From contig CALZJC010000003.1 in NCBI GenBank assembly GCA_945787525.1, forward strand, positions 4,950 through 53,494: DNA of 48,545 nt. The letters are read 5' to 3'. The position numbers and the translations under genes were made by a program. Source of the stretch: Thermoanaerobaculia bacterium (GTDB taxonomy: Bacteria; Acidobacteriota; Thermoanaerobaculia; Multivoradales; JAHEKO01). Of this stretch, positions 9,829-18,862 are shown piece after piece. The notes below the pieces were generated by a model. It saw only the letters and a list, made by a program, of their open reading frames with translations. It was not told the DNA's origin and made no database searches. Position 1 is the first letter of the stretch. Every line of letters starts with the position of its first letter.

Positions 9829-11127
9829 ATGATCGCTTTCGTCACCCTGTTCCTCGGCCTGGTGACCGGTGAACAGATGGTGGAAGTCGCGGTTTCCGGC
9901 AGCGTGGCGACGGTCGAGTTGAGGCTCGACGGTGAGTTGGCTGGCAGTCTCAGCGCGGCGCCGTGGAAGAGGACGCTCGATCTCGGCCGCGAACTGACGA
10001 CTCACGAACTGGTGGCGGTGGCGCACGACAGCGCGGGGGTGGAAGTGGGTCGCGCCATACAGCAGGTCAATGTGCCTCGTTCGCCGGTCGAAATGGAGAT
10101 CCTGTTGCACGGTTGGGAGGGAGGCCGGCCGCGGTACGCGCGCCTGATCTGGCGTTCCGCGTTCCTGATCGAGCCGGACTCCATCGCCATATCGCTCGAC
10201 GGGAAAGCCCTGGCGACAGACGACCTAAGCCACATCGAGCTGCCCGAGGTCGATGCGAAGTCGTTGCACTTCATCAGCGCCGAGCTGACCTTCCCAGACA
10301 ACCAGCGCTCCACCGCCCAGTCGATCTTCGGTGGCCGCTACGGTGTCGAAGTGGAGTCGGAGTTGACGGCGGTTCCGGTGCTATCCGTGGGGCGCCGGCT
10401 CGAGCGTCCGGAGGATGGACGGGGCTGGCTGCGGCGCCCGAGCGGCGAGCCGCTTCGGGTGGTTGCGGTCGAGGACGAGGTCGCGGAGGTGGTGATCGTG
10501 CGCGATGACGCCGCACTGGGGACTCTGCAACGCCTCGGGCGCACTCTCCGGCGCGAACGGCCGCGCACCTACAGACAGGTCGGCCTGTTGGCGGAGGATC
10601 GGCTGTTCCTGATGTCCGCCAGGGCCGTGATCTCGGCCCGCCCAGAGGTGGCCTACGCGCTCTATCCGATCTCGCGCGCCTTCGGTCTCGCGGATGTGCC
10701 CCTGCCCGTGGCCCTGTCGGTTGTCGGTTTTAGCGCGGAAACGCATACCCAGCAGCGGCTGTCCGACGCGGTGACAGTCGCCGGTGTGAAAGCCGCGGCG
10801 GGGGGCAAACGGCGCGCGGTCCTGCTGATCGTGGCGGACTGCTCTGAGCGGAGCGGCCAATGGACTGGTGACGAGGCCCGCCGTTTTCTGGCCGAGCTGC
10901 GGGTGCCGCTCGAGGTCTGGACAACCCGCCGGCCCGACCGTGAAAGCGGTGGGTTTTGCCGGGGGGCAAGCCTCCTCAAGAACACCGGCAGCTATCTGGG
11001 GGCTCTTGGCCGCTTGCGTCGGTTGATCGGGAGACAGCAGATCCTGTGGGTCGAGGGGCGCCACTTGCCGCGCGAGATCGTTCTGGCCGACACTGCACCG
11101 GCGACGGAAGTAGTGCAACTGAACTGA
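9829..11127 (+). CDS. Hypothetical protein (N-terminal hydrophobic segment, Ig-like then degenerate VWA-like region)
   Basis: 432-aa ORF, 14 nt after the previous stop and on the same strand. Coding-like composition but no firm motif. Confidence 0.55.
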   Translation: MIAFVTLFLGLVTGEQMVEVAVSGSVATVELRLDGELAGSLSAAPWKRTLDLGRELTTHELVAVAHDSAGVEVGRAIQQVNVPRSPVEMEILLHGWEGGRPRYARLIWRSAFLIEPDSIAISLDGKALATDDLSHIELPEVDAKSLHFISAELTFPDNQRSTAQSIFGGRYGVEVESELTAVPVLSVGRRLERPEDGRGWLRRPSGEPLRVVAVEDEVAEVVIVRDDAALGTLQRLGRTLRRERPRTYRQVGLLAEDRLFLMSARAVISARPEVAYALYPISRAFGLADVPLPVALSVVGFSAETHTQQRLSDAVTVAGVKAAAGGKRRAVLLIVADCSERSGQWTGDEARRFLAELRVPLEVWTTRRPDRESGGFCRGASLLKNTGSYLGALGRLRRLIGRQQILWVEGRHLPREIVLADTAPATEVVQLN

Positions 11128-11153
11128 AGGGCTGAGTCCCGAGGAGTGATGAC

Positions 11154-11348
11154 GTGAGCCAAGAGAAGACAACCTGTGTCGCCTGCCAACGTGACGACGC
11201 CGAGGTCCCCCTGCTGCAGCTCAGCTACCGGGGCGGCAAGTTCGACATATGCCCGCAGCACCTGCCGATCCTGATCCACGACCCAGCGCGTCTGGTCGGC
11301 CTCTTGCCGGGTGCCGAAGAGCTGTCGCCGGCCGACCATCACGATTGA
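11154..11348 (+). CDS. Small Cys/His metal-binding protein (64 aa)
   Basis: GTG start preceded by GAGGAG. CVACQ...CPQH gives four potential Zn ligands. Ends 9 nt before def. Confidence 0.5.
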   Translation: MSQEKTTCVACQRDDAEVPLLQLSYRGGKFDICPQHLPILIHDPARLVGLLPGAEELSPADHHD

Positions 11349-11357
11349 GGAAGCGCG

Positions 11358-11906
11358 TTGGTCGAGCCCGCTGCGATCGTGCTGCTCGGTGATGAGCGGC
11401 TGCGCCAGGTCTGCCGTGCGGTGACCGACTTCGCCGATGCCGAGCTGCGCGCGGCCTGCGCCACGCTCGGCGCTACGCTGATCGACTTTCAGCGCCGTCA
11501 CGGCTTCGGCCGCGCCATCGCCGCGCCGCAGATCGGCGTTGGACTGCGCATCGTCGCCCTGGACCCGGCGCACGGACCGCCACTGCTGATCAACCCGGAG
11601 ATCACCTCGCGTTCGACCGAGAGCATGACCCTGTGGGACGACTGTATGAGCTTCCCGGATCTGCTGGTGCGGCTGCGGCGGTCGCGCTCGATCGGCCTGC
11701 GCTACCGTGATGCCACTGGTGCCGGGCACGAATGGAATGAGCTCGAGCCGAGCGTCGCCGAGCTTCTGCAGCACGAGATTGACCACCTCGACGGCGTCCT
11801 GGCGATCGACCACGCCCTGGACCGCGAGGCGATCGTGCTGCGGGCCGTCTTCGAGGCGCAGCCGGAGCGGTTTCGCGAACAGGTGGACTGGCCGGCGGGC
11901 GGCTGA
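11358..11906 (+). CDS. def: Peptide deformylase
   Basis: Motif I GFGRAIAAPQIG, motif II variant DDCMSFP (canonical EGCLS), motif III HEIDHLDGV. 182 aa; non-ATG start per the ORF track. Confidence 0.85.
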   Translation: MVEPAAIVLLGDERLRQVCRAVTDFADAELRAACATLGATLIDFQRRHGFGRAIAAPQIGVGLRIVALDPAHGPPLLINPEITSRSTESMTLWDDCMSFPDLLVRLRRSRSIGLRYRDATGAGHEWNELEPSVAELLQHEIDHLDGVLAIDHALDREAIVLRAVFEAQPERFREQVDWPAGG

Positions 11907-11958
11907 GGAGCGGCCTGACTCGCGGCACCGGCCGCCGGGTGGACCGGGAGCTGTGGCG

Positions 11959-12081
11959 ATGAGGGTCCTCCTCGACAGCAACGCCTACTCGGCTCTGATG
12001 CGTGGCCACCGCGAGGTCGTCGCGCTAGTGCGGGAGGTTCTTGGTGATCCGGCTCACCTCTCGGCCGGCGCCGCGGCGTAG
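11959..12081 (+). pseudogene. Remnant of a PIN-domain (VapC-like) toxin gene, N-terminal about 25 aa only
   Basis: ATG 11959, MRVLLDSNAYSALMRGHREVVALV is a typical PIN N-terminus. The reading then degenerates and stops after 40 aa. No antitoxin ORF upstream. The 3' end overlaps the convergent gene ending at 12054. Confidence 0.4.
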
Positions 12082-12917
12082 AGGTCGGCACACTGGCGGC
12101 AGAGGCCTCGCGCCGGCTGCCAGTCCGGAAGATCGCGCTGGATTGCTCGCACAGTCCGCTGTCCCAGCCCGGTGGGGTCTGGGTGGAGAGTGGCGGTGGG
12201 CATGCGACAGACGGGGCACCGGTTGTGGGCCGGCCCTGGGCCGGGCAGGCGCGGCTCGGCGGCGAACCCGACGAGTTCGGCATGGCTCGGCCGGATGCCG
12301 CCAAAGAAGCGCCCGAACCAGCGCTCGCCGCTTTCGCCGAGCATCGAGAAGACGCTGAGGAACTCTCGCCGCCGGGCCGCCTCGGCGGCGGCGGGCAGTT
12401 CGCCCCTGGCCAGCAGACGGCCATCGATCGTGGTGTCCCAGAGGGTCTGGTAGCGCCGGCGGAGGAGACTGTCGAGCGCCGCCGAGTCGTCGAGGGTCGG
12501 CAGCTCGGGCTCGAATCCAAACTCCGAGTCCAGCATGTCCGCGACGTGGAGCAGCTCGTGGCGAAGGAAGGGCAGGAGGCGAGCTCGATCGACCAGCGTG
12601 CTCACCCGCAGGCAGAGCAGAAGGGTCGGAGGGCCATCGCCGCGGCGATCGGGCTTGAGGTCGGCGTACTCCTGGCGGGCGTGGACGACCGGGACGAACC
12701 ACCGGCGGCTGAGCTCGTTGAAGGCCGAGTCTCTTCGCTCGGGCCCCTCGATCTCGTAGAGGGGGTCGCGGCGACGGCGGAAACGGCGCCGCGCGGCGAT
12801 CGGTGAGGTGCCGATAGCGAGCAGGACCGAGTCCTCGACCAGACGCGGGTCGAACTCGAGCGGATAGCCGTCGACTGGCGGGTCGGCGGTCGTCGGAGCG
12901 GCCGACGAGATACTCAT
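12054..12917 (-). CDS. HExxH-motif protein with C-terminal CxxC...CxxC zinc ribbon, last gene of the molybdoenzyme operon
   Basis: The real start is ATG 12917 (MSISSAAPTT...), which overlaps the chaperone stop as ATGA. Motifs: LRHELLHVADMLD, and the C-terminal CPVCRMP...CRQCADLY. The upstream part of the 507-aa track ORF is an off-frame overlap. Confidence 0.65.
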   Translation of the reverse strand: MSISSAAPTTADPPVDGYPLEFDPRLVEDSVLLAIGTSPIAARRRFRRRRDPLYEIEGPERRDSAFNELSRRWFVPVVHARQEYADLKPDRRGDGPPTLLLCLRVSTLVDRARLLPFLRHELLHVADMLDSEFGFEPELPTLDDSAALDSLLRRRYQTLWDTTIDGRLLARGELPAAAEAARRREFLSVFSMLGESGERWFGRFFGGIRPSHAELVGFAAEPRLPGPGPAHNRCPVCRMPTATLHPDPTGLGQRTVRAIQRDLPDWQPARGLCRQCADLYAAAPAER

Positions 12918-13741
12918 CTCGGGTCGCCGGGCGTGGCGGCGGACGGACCACGGCGAGCCGCGCCGCCGCCGAGCTGGACCAGCTCGTCGTCGCCCGATCC
13001 GCAAGCCATGGGAACCCCATCGGGCTCGGTCGAGCGAAGCTCGAGGACGTCCGGCCCCAACGGTAGATCGAGCCGCTCGCACTCGACGCGCAGCAGGGCC
13101 TCGCAGAGGCCACCCAGGGCGCCATAGAGCTCGTCGCGCGCCGCCTCCTGGAGGGAGCGGGCGAATGCCCGTCCGAAGCGCGCCAGATGATCGCCCAGGA
13201 ACGTCCGCGCCGCGCTGCGGGTGACCTCGGCCATCTCGTCGTCGCCATGCGCCTGGGCCCAGCACTCCTTGCGCACCAGGAACTCGAGGAACTCGAACTG
13301 GCAAGCGATGTGGTCCGCCCGTTCGTGCCGCGTCCCGCTGGCGCGGAGTCCGAAGGCGGCGTAGGAGCCGGACAGGTCGGCCAGCTCCTGCGCCTGCTGG
13401 AGCAGGGCGCGGTGGCCATACTCGCATTCGTACGGGCAGACGCGGCCGCGCAGGGTGTGGCCAAAGAGCCGCTCGTGGCTCAGGCGGATCTCGCCGAGCC
13501 CGGGATCGGCCAGGGCGCAGAGGCGATCCACCGCGGCGCCGAGCGGCCCCGGCCGGCCCTCCTCCAGGCTGCGGCATGCCTGGCGCAAGGCCGCGCGACC
13601 CTCGACGTCGAAGAAGGTCCCGACCGTGGCCTTGCTGGGGCGGTCGAGACCGAGCTTGAGGGCCCGGTAGAGGACGCCGCGCGCCAGCAGCCGGTCGGTG
13701 GCGTCTTCGGCAGCGACAGATGTCGGAGTTTCGACGGTCAT
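12914..13741 (-). CDS. TorD/NarJ-family private chaperone of a type II DMSO-reductase-family enzyme (delta subunit)
   Basis: 275 aa. Motifs: YRALKLGL..., HERLFGHT...CPYECEYG, ADHIACQFEFLEFL. Lies 9 nt downstream of the beta subunit gene. Confidence 0.8.
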   Translation of the reverse strand: MTVETPTSVAAEDATDRLLARGVLYRALKLGLDRPSKATVGTFFDVEGRAALRQACRSLEEGRPGPLGAAVDRLCALADPGLGEIRLSHERLFGHTLRGRVCPYECEYGHRALLQQAQELADLSGSYAAFGLRASGTRHERADHIACQFEFLEFLVRKECWAQAHGDDEMAEVTRSAARTFLGDHLARFGRAFARSLQEAARDELYGALGGLCEALLRVECERLDLPLGPDVLELRSTEPDGVPMACGSGDDELVQLGGGAARRGPSAATPGDPR

Positions 13742-13750
13742 CGGCGGCCC

Positions 13751-15019
13751 TCAGATCGAGTTGGCGTGGGCGTTGGAGCGCACATAGAGGGGCTCTTCGA
13801 CCGTGGTCCGGAACAGCTCACTGCCGTCTTTACCGAAGGCGATGACTGTGTCGTTGTAGAGGGTCACCGGCCGCCCGCGATACTCCCCTTCGTAGATCAG
13901 CGGCCCCTCTTCGATCTCATAGCGGAAGATGATCCGGTTGTCGCGGCGGAAGAGCTGCAGGACACACAGCAGTTCGCGGTCGGGGTGCTTGTAGCGCTCG
14001 ACCGCCTGCCCGACCCCGGGGCCGAACATCTGCTCGAGGTAGGCGTGCGGTACCCAGCGGGGCGGGATGTAGTAGCCGTTGGGCTGCGTGCCGAGCTGCG
14101 GATAGAGCGGTAGGGCGACCTTCGCCACGTGGACCAGGTAGTAGAGCGGATTCTGGCGATCCTCGGCCCAGGTGCCGTCCTCCGCCAGCCTGGCCAGGCC
14201 CTGGAGGCGGATCTGGCCGATGCACGCCGCCATGCAACGGGTTACCATCGGCACGCCGCCCGACTCGGGATCCGTGCCCTCGACCCGCGGGTAGCAGGCG
14301 ATGCACTTCTCGCTCACCCTGGTGTTGCCGCGGTAGAGGGACTTCTTGTAGGGGCAGGCCTCGACGCACTTGCGGTAGCCGCGGCACTCCTGCTGATCGA
14401 TCAGCACGATGCCGTCCTCGGGCCGCTTGTAGATCGCCTTGCGCGGGCAGGCTGCCAGGCAGCCGGGGTAGCTACAGTGGTTGCAGATCCGCGCCAGATA
14501 GAAGAACCAGGTGTCGTGCACCGGCAGCTCGACGCCCTTCGGGTCCAGGCGGTCGCGGACGCCGGGCTTGCCCAGCGGGTTGTCCTCGTAGATATTGGGC
14601 GAGTTCCACTCTTCATCGGTCGGCAGATAGCCCAGGACACGCGAGCTCTCGGGATCGAAATGGGTCTCGGCCGCCTCGAAGATCGTCTTGCCCTTGAACT
14701 CCCCGTAGGGTCCGAACCGTTGGTCGAGATCGGCGCCCTGCCAGATCTGCCCGTCGGGGTCGGCCTCCTGGAGCTGGCGCAGGATCTTGACGTCCCAAGA
14801 CTGCGGATAGCCGCCGTAGGGCTTGGTCTCGACGTTTGCCCACCACATGTGCTCCTGGCCCTTGCTGAAGGTCCAGGTCGATTTGCAGGCCATGGTGCAG
14901 CTCTGGCAGGCGATGCAGCGGTTGATGTTGAAGACGAAGGCGAACTGGCGTTCGGGGAAGCGCGCCTCGTACGGGTACGCCATCTCCCGTCCCAGCTGCC
15001 AGTTTCCTACTTTTGGCAT
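13751..15019 (-). CDS. Molybdoenzyme iron-sulfur (beta) subunit, NarH/NxrB-like
   Basis: 422 aa. Cys clusters CIACQSCTMAC, CNHCSYPGCLAACP, CRGYRKCVEACP and CIACYPR. N-terminus MPKVGNWQLGREMAYPYE...FAFVFNINRC. AGGAGGG SD 6 nt upstream. Confidence 0.9.
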   Translation of the reverse strand: MPKVGNWQLGREMAYPYEARFPERQFAFVFNINRCIACQSCTMACKSTWTFSKGQEHMWWANVETKPYGGYPQSWDVKILRQLQEADPDGQIWQGADLDQRFGPYGEFKGKTIFEAAETHFDPESSRVLGYLPTDEEWNSPNIYEDNPLGKPGVRDRLDPKGVELPVHDTWFFYLARICNHCSYPGCLAACPRKAIYKRPEDGIVLIDQQECRGYRKCVEACPYKKSLYRGNTRVSEKCIACYPRVEGTDPESGGVPMVTRCMAACIGQIRLQGLARLAEDGTWAEDRQNPLYYLVHVAKVALPLYPQLGTQPNGYYIPPRWVPHAYLEQMFGPGVGQAVERYKHPDRELLCVLQLFRRDNRIIFRYEIEEGPLIYEGEYRGRPVTLYNDTVIAFGKDGSELFRTTVEEPLYVRSNAHANSI

Positions 15020-15369
15020 CGTTCGCCCTCCTGTCGCTCGTCACTCGGTCGTGACGCGGTGCGGGAACCGATCCGGACCAGGCCGGCGGGCGCCGAGTCG
15101 CGGACGACGAACCGTACCCGCCCCCACAGCTCGAGACTCTCGTCGATGATGCGCCGGACCTCTTCTTCGCCGAGCATCCGGTAGGCGCGGTGCGCGCCGG
15201 CGTAGCGCGGCCGCCGGAACATCTCCAGCAGACGCTCGCCGGTGAAGCCCAGCGCCGCGAACTCGTCGGCGAAGGTGGCCGCCATCTGGCGCGTCGAGTC
15301 GAGGTCGCCGGGGATGGAGACCCCCACCAGCTCGTGCGGGTCGGCGGGATCGGGATCGCGGTACGGCAT
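15007..15369 (-). CDS. Unassigned 120-aa protein encoded between the alpha and beta subunit genes
   Basis: ATG 15369 is preceded by GAGGAG and lies 14 nt after the alpha stop. The 3' end overlaps the beta start by 13 nt. No signal peptide or cofactor motif. Confidence 0.55.
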   Translation of the reverse strand: MPYRDPDPADPHELVGVSIPGDLDSTRQMAATFADEFAALGFTGERLLEMFRRPRYAGAHRAYRMLGEEEVRRIIDESLELWGRVRFVVRDSAPAGLVRIGSRTASRPSDERQEGERCQK

Positions 15370-15382
15370 GGTTCTCCTCGCC

Positions 15383-18300
15383 TCAGGCCTTGCGCACGCG
15401 GGTGATCTCGCCTGCCAGGTAGCTGCGCATGAAGTCGTTCTCGTTGTCCGGGGTGTAGCCGGTGGTCGCCGGCTGCCACATCCCCTGGCCGCCCATGCCG
15501 CCGTCCTCGGCCTTGGTCACCCGCACCAGGGTCTCCTTGGGGACGGTGTTGAGGGCGTGGTTGTCGGCCTCGCCGCCAAAGATGAACTTCATGAACACCT
15601 TCGACTTGTGAAACAGGGTGTCGGTCTGGTGCATCGGCATGTGCCAGTTGCGGGTGATCGACTGCTGCGAGCCGTAGCGCAGGTTGGCCTGGTAGCCGGT
15701 GTTCTCCGACAGGGCGCGGCCGTCGGGCCGGCTCTCGTGCGCCCGGACGCTCTTCTCGGTGGCGATGAACGGCGCGTGCTTCATCATCACGATGTTGTAC
15801 GGGTAGGCGTGGTTGTACTTGACCCGCAGCATGCAGCGCGCCACGCGGTAGAAGAACTCGTCCGGTTTGGCACCCAGGTAGGGCCGGTCGGCCGGGTTGG
15901 CGTCGACGTAGACGTAGTCGCCGTCGTTGATGCCCAGATCGCGGGCGGCCTGGGGGTTGACGTGCAGCTGGTGCTCGCCGACCGAGGGGGCGCGCTTGTC
16001 GAGCCGGTAGGGGTCGCCGAAGTTGGAGTCGTAGAGCATGTGCCAGTCGACGTTGGACCAGCCGCTGTGAACCCGGTGCCGGGTCTTGGGCGTCAGGCAG
16101 TAGAACTGGAGGCCCTTCTCCCAAAGAAAGTTCTTGGTTGTCTTGACCCTCTTCCAGGGCATCTTGATGTTGCGCACGGTGCGCTCGTCCCAATGCTCCG
16201 CGTCGGCCGGCAGGCCATAGTCTTCGGGGCGGACGAAGGGGTTGGAGCTGACGATGACGTTGGGCAGATAGGGCGTCGCCTCGGGGCCCTCGCGGTGGAC
16301 GATGAAGTTCTCGCCGTACTCGATCGCCTCCGGCACGTCGGTGTAGGCGTGCAGGCGGCCGGTGTCGGTGTGGAACGGCTCGTTGTCGTGGATCTGCTCG
16401 TAGAACGGGATCCGCGGGTAGGTACGGAAGTTCATCAGCGCGCCGCCCGGAGGGCCGTACTTGCCGGCCATCAGGTCCTCGACCCGGTAGCCGCTGGTGG
16501 TGGTCGAGCTGTCGAGCAGCCGCTGCAGGTAGATGTCCCGGCGCCCCTCGTGCTCGAACTTGAATGCTTTCTCGAACCGGTCGTCGCCGGTCACCCGGCC
16601 CAGGGCGCGGCCGATACCGGCCAGGATCGCCAGGTCGTCCTTGCTGTCGAAGACCGGCTGGATGCCCCCTTTCCAGGCCTGCAGAAAGGGGTTCGAGCAG
16701 CTGGCGGTGACCTCCAGGTCCTCGAACTCGAGCCACGAGTTCGCCGGCAGGGCGAGGTCTGCATACTCGATCGAGGCCGTCATCTGGATGTCGAACGAGA
16801 CGATCATCTCGATGTTGGGATTGACGTTCTTGATCATGCCGTAGGCCCACTTGGCGTTGTTGATCAGTGACGTTGTTGAAGATGATCGACTTGGTCGGGG
16901 TCGGCATGTGGCTGGCGCCGGTAAAGCAGCGCCGGCCGAACCTGGGGGTGTCGACAATCAGCGCCTGGTCGCCGTGGTTCCAGTAGGCGGGCTCCTCGTC
17001 CTTGGTGTAGGCGTGGGCGCGAATATCCTTGCCGTGGGTCGCGGGATCGAGGTCCAGATCGAACGGATCCTCGGCCACCCAGCCCTTGAAGCCGGGGCCG
17101 GTCCACGGTGAGCCCTGAAAGAGCGCCGCCTTGTAGTTACCGGCCCAGGTGTGGCAACCAGCGCCCGGCTTGCCGATGTTGCCGGTGAGCATCAGCGGCA
17201 GGTAGGCGGCGCGGTTCATCTCGGTGGCGTGGAACCAGTGGTTGATTCCCTCGCCCTGGTGGATCGCCACCGGGGCCATGGTGGCGATGTCCTCGGCCAG
17301 CCGTTCCACCATCTGCCGCGGGCAGCTGGTGATGTCGCAGACCGTGTCGAGGTCGTAGTCCTTCAGGTGGGTCTGGTAGAGAGTCCACAGGGTCGAGCAG
17401 CGGGCGGTGTGGCCGTTGGCCAGGCGGACATCGAAGCTTCCCCCAAGGGCCGGGGCGAGGCCCGTGGCCGTCATCGCCCCGCCCACGTCGTCGCGGTTTA
17501 GCGCCCGCGGGCGGCCTTCGGTCTCGTCCCAGATGACGTAGTCGCCCAGTTGGGCGTGCTGCTCGGCGGTCAGGCCCTGGATCTTCATCGACGGGCCTTC
17601 GGGGTCGAGTTCCGTGCGATAGTCCGGGAAGACCTCGTGCGCCCTGAGCCGCCGCAGGTTGTCGTGCCGCACGAGCAGCGGAAAGTCGGTGAAGGTCTTG
17701 ACGAACTCCTCGTCGTACGAGCCCTTCTCGATCATCAGCCGGGTGATGCCGAGCCACAGAGCGGTGTCGGTCGCCGGCCGGATGGGGATCCAGTAGTCGG
17801 CTTTGGTCGAGGGCGGCCCGTACTCGGGCGCGATCACCACGATCTTGCCGCCCCGCTCCATGCACTCGATGAACCAGTGGGAATCGGTGAGCTTGTTCTC
17901 CACCAGGTTCTTGCCGTCCATGATGATCAGCTTCGAGTAGCGCAGGTCGTTGAAGTCGCAATCCGAGGCCTGGAGGCCGTGCACCCAGGGGTGGCCGGGG
18001 GCCTGGTCGCCGTGCCAGGTGTAGTTGGACCAGGTGCGGCCGGCGCGGGCCTTGTCGGGTCCGACGCCGCGGGTCTTGGCGTCGAGCAGGGCGAGCGAGT
18101 TGCACAGGCGATACATGCCGTACTTGCCCAGCACCCCCAGCAGCCCCATGCCGCCGCGCATCTTGATCGTGCGCGTCCCGGCCCCACCCATCGCCTCGAC
18201 CATCTCCGGCTGGTAGCCCTGGGCGAGGAGGCGCTCGGCGCCCTCCTCGCCGCTGTAGCGCTTGGAGATGCTCTCGAGAGCCAGGGCCATCTTCTGGAAC

Positions 18301-18848
18301 GCGTCGTCCCAGGAGATCTGGATGAACTCGTCGTCGCCTCGGCTGTCGAACTTGTATTTGCTCTTGAGCTCGGGTGTCAGCTCGGGGAAACCGGCTTCGG
18401 CCCAGGCTTTCCAGCCGCGCCGCACGATCGGGTGGCGCAGCCGGTAGGGCCCGTAGATCACGCGGTGAAAGGTGTAACCCTTGGCGCACTGGCGGGGGTT
18501 CCAGTTGACGCTGGCGTGGTTGCCGTAGAGGTCGGCGTAGTCCTGGTAGTCGTAGGTCGAGCCGCTCCTGACGACGATGCCGTTTCTTACGTAGGCGCGA
18601 ATACGGCAGGCGTGGGTGTCGTTGGGCGAGCAGACCCAGTCGAAGGTGCGGTCGTAGCGATACTGGTCGTGGTAGATCGTTTCCCAGTCCCGCCGCACCG
18701 CGCGCGAGAGGGGGTTGTCGTTCGGATCGAGGGGCTCGAGGAACGTGCAGGCGCCCTCGAGACCGATCACGGCGGCACCGACGCCGCCGCCGAGGAACTT
18801 CATGAACAGCCGGCGATCGATCGAGGAGCGCAGCGGTTCTGTCGTCAT
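15383..18848 (-). pseudogene. Molybdopterin catalytic (alpha) subunit, Tat-exported, NXR/type II DMSO-reductase family; split by a 1-nt frameshift near 16868
   Basis: ATG 18848 with a GAAGGAGG SD. Twin-arginine motif SIDRRLFMKFLG. Motifs CSPNDTHACR and SNYTWHGDQAPGHP. The N-part 18848..16869 (660 codons) reads ...TKSIIFNNV. The C-part 16867..15383 (494 aa) continues LINNAKWAYGMIKNV... in the +1 frame. Joined length is about 1154 aa. Confidence 0.85.
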
Positions 18849-18862
18849 CTCATCTGCCTCCT

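Noticed and set aside
12918-13577. N-terminal 220 aa of the 507-aa ORF 12054..13577, and the 479-aa ORF 12025..13464
   Set aside because: They overlap the TorD-like chaperone gene out of frame and are low complexity. An internal ATG at 12917 forms an ATGA junction with the chaperone stop and starts the sensible sequence.
14613-15382. 3' extension of the 1441-aa ORF (14613..18938) beyond the alpha subunit
   Set aside because: After the frameshift at about 16868 the frame stays open by chance and becomes RPG-rich. It then runs across the small ORF and the beta gene. The homologous continuation is in the other frame and ends at 15383.
16860-16875. Programmed +1 ribosomal frameshifting in the alpha subunit
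   Set aside because: There is no in-frame stop or rare codon at the shift site, no slippery run, and no upstream SD-like stimulator comparable to prfB. Mutation or sequence error is more parsimonious.
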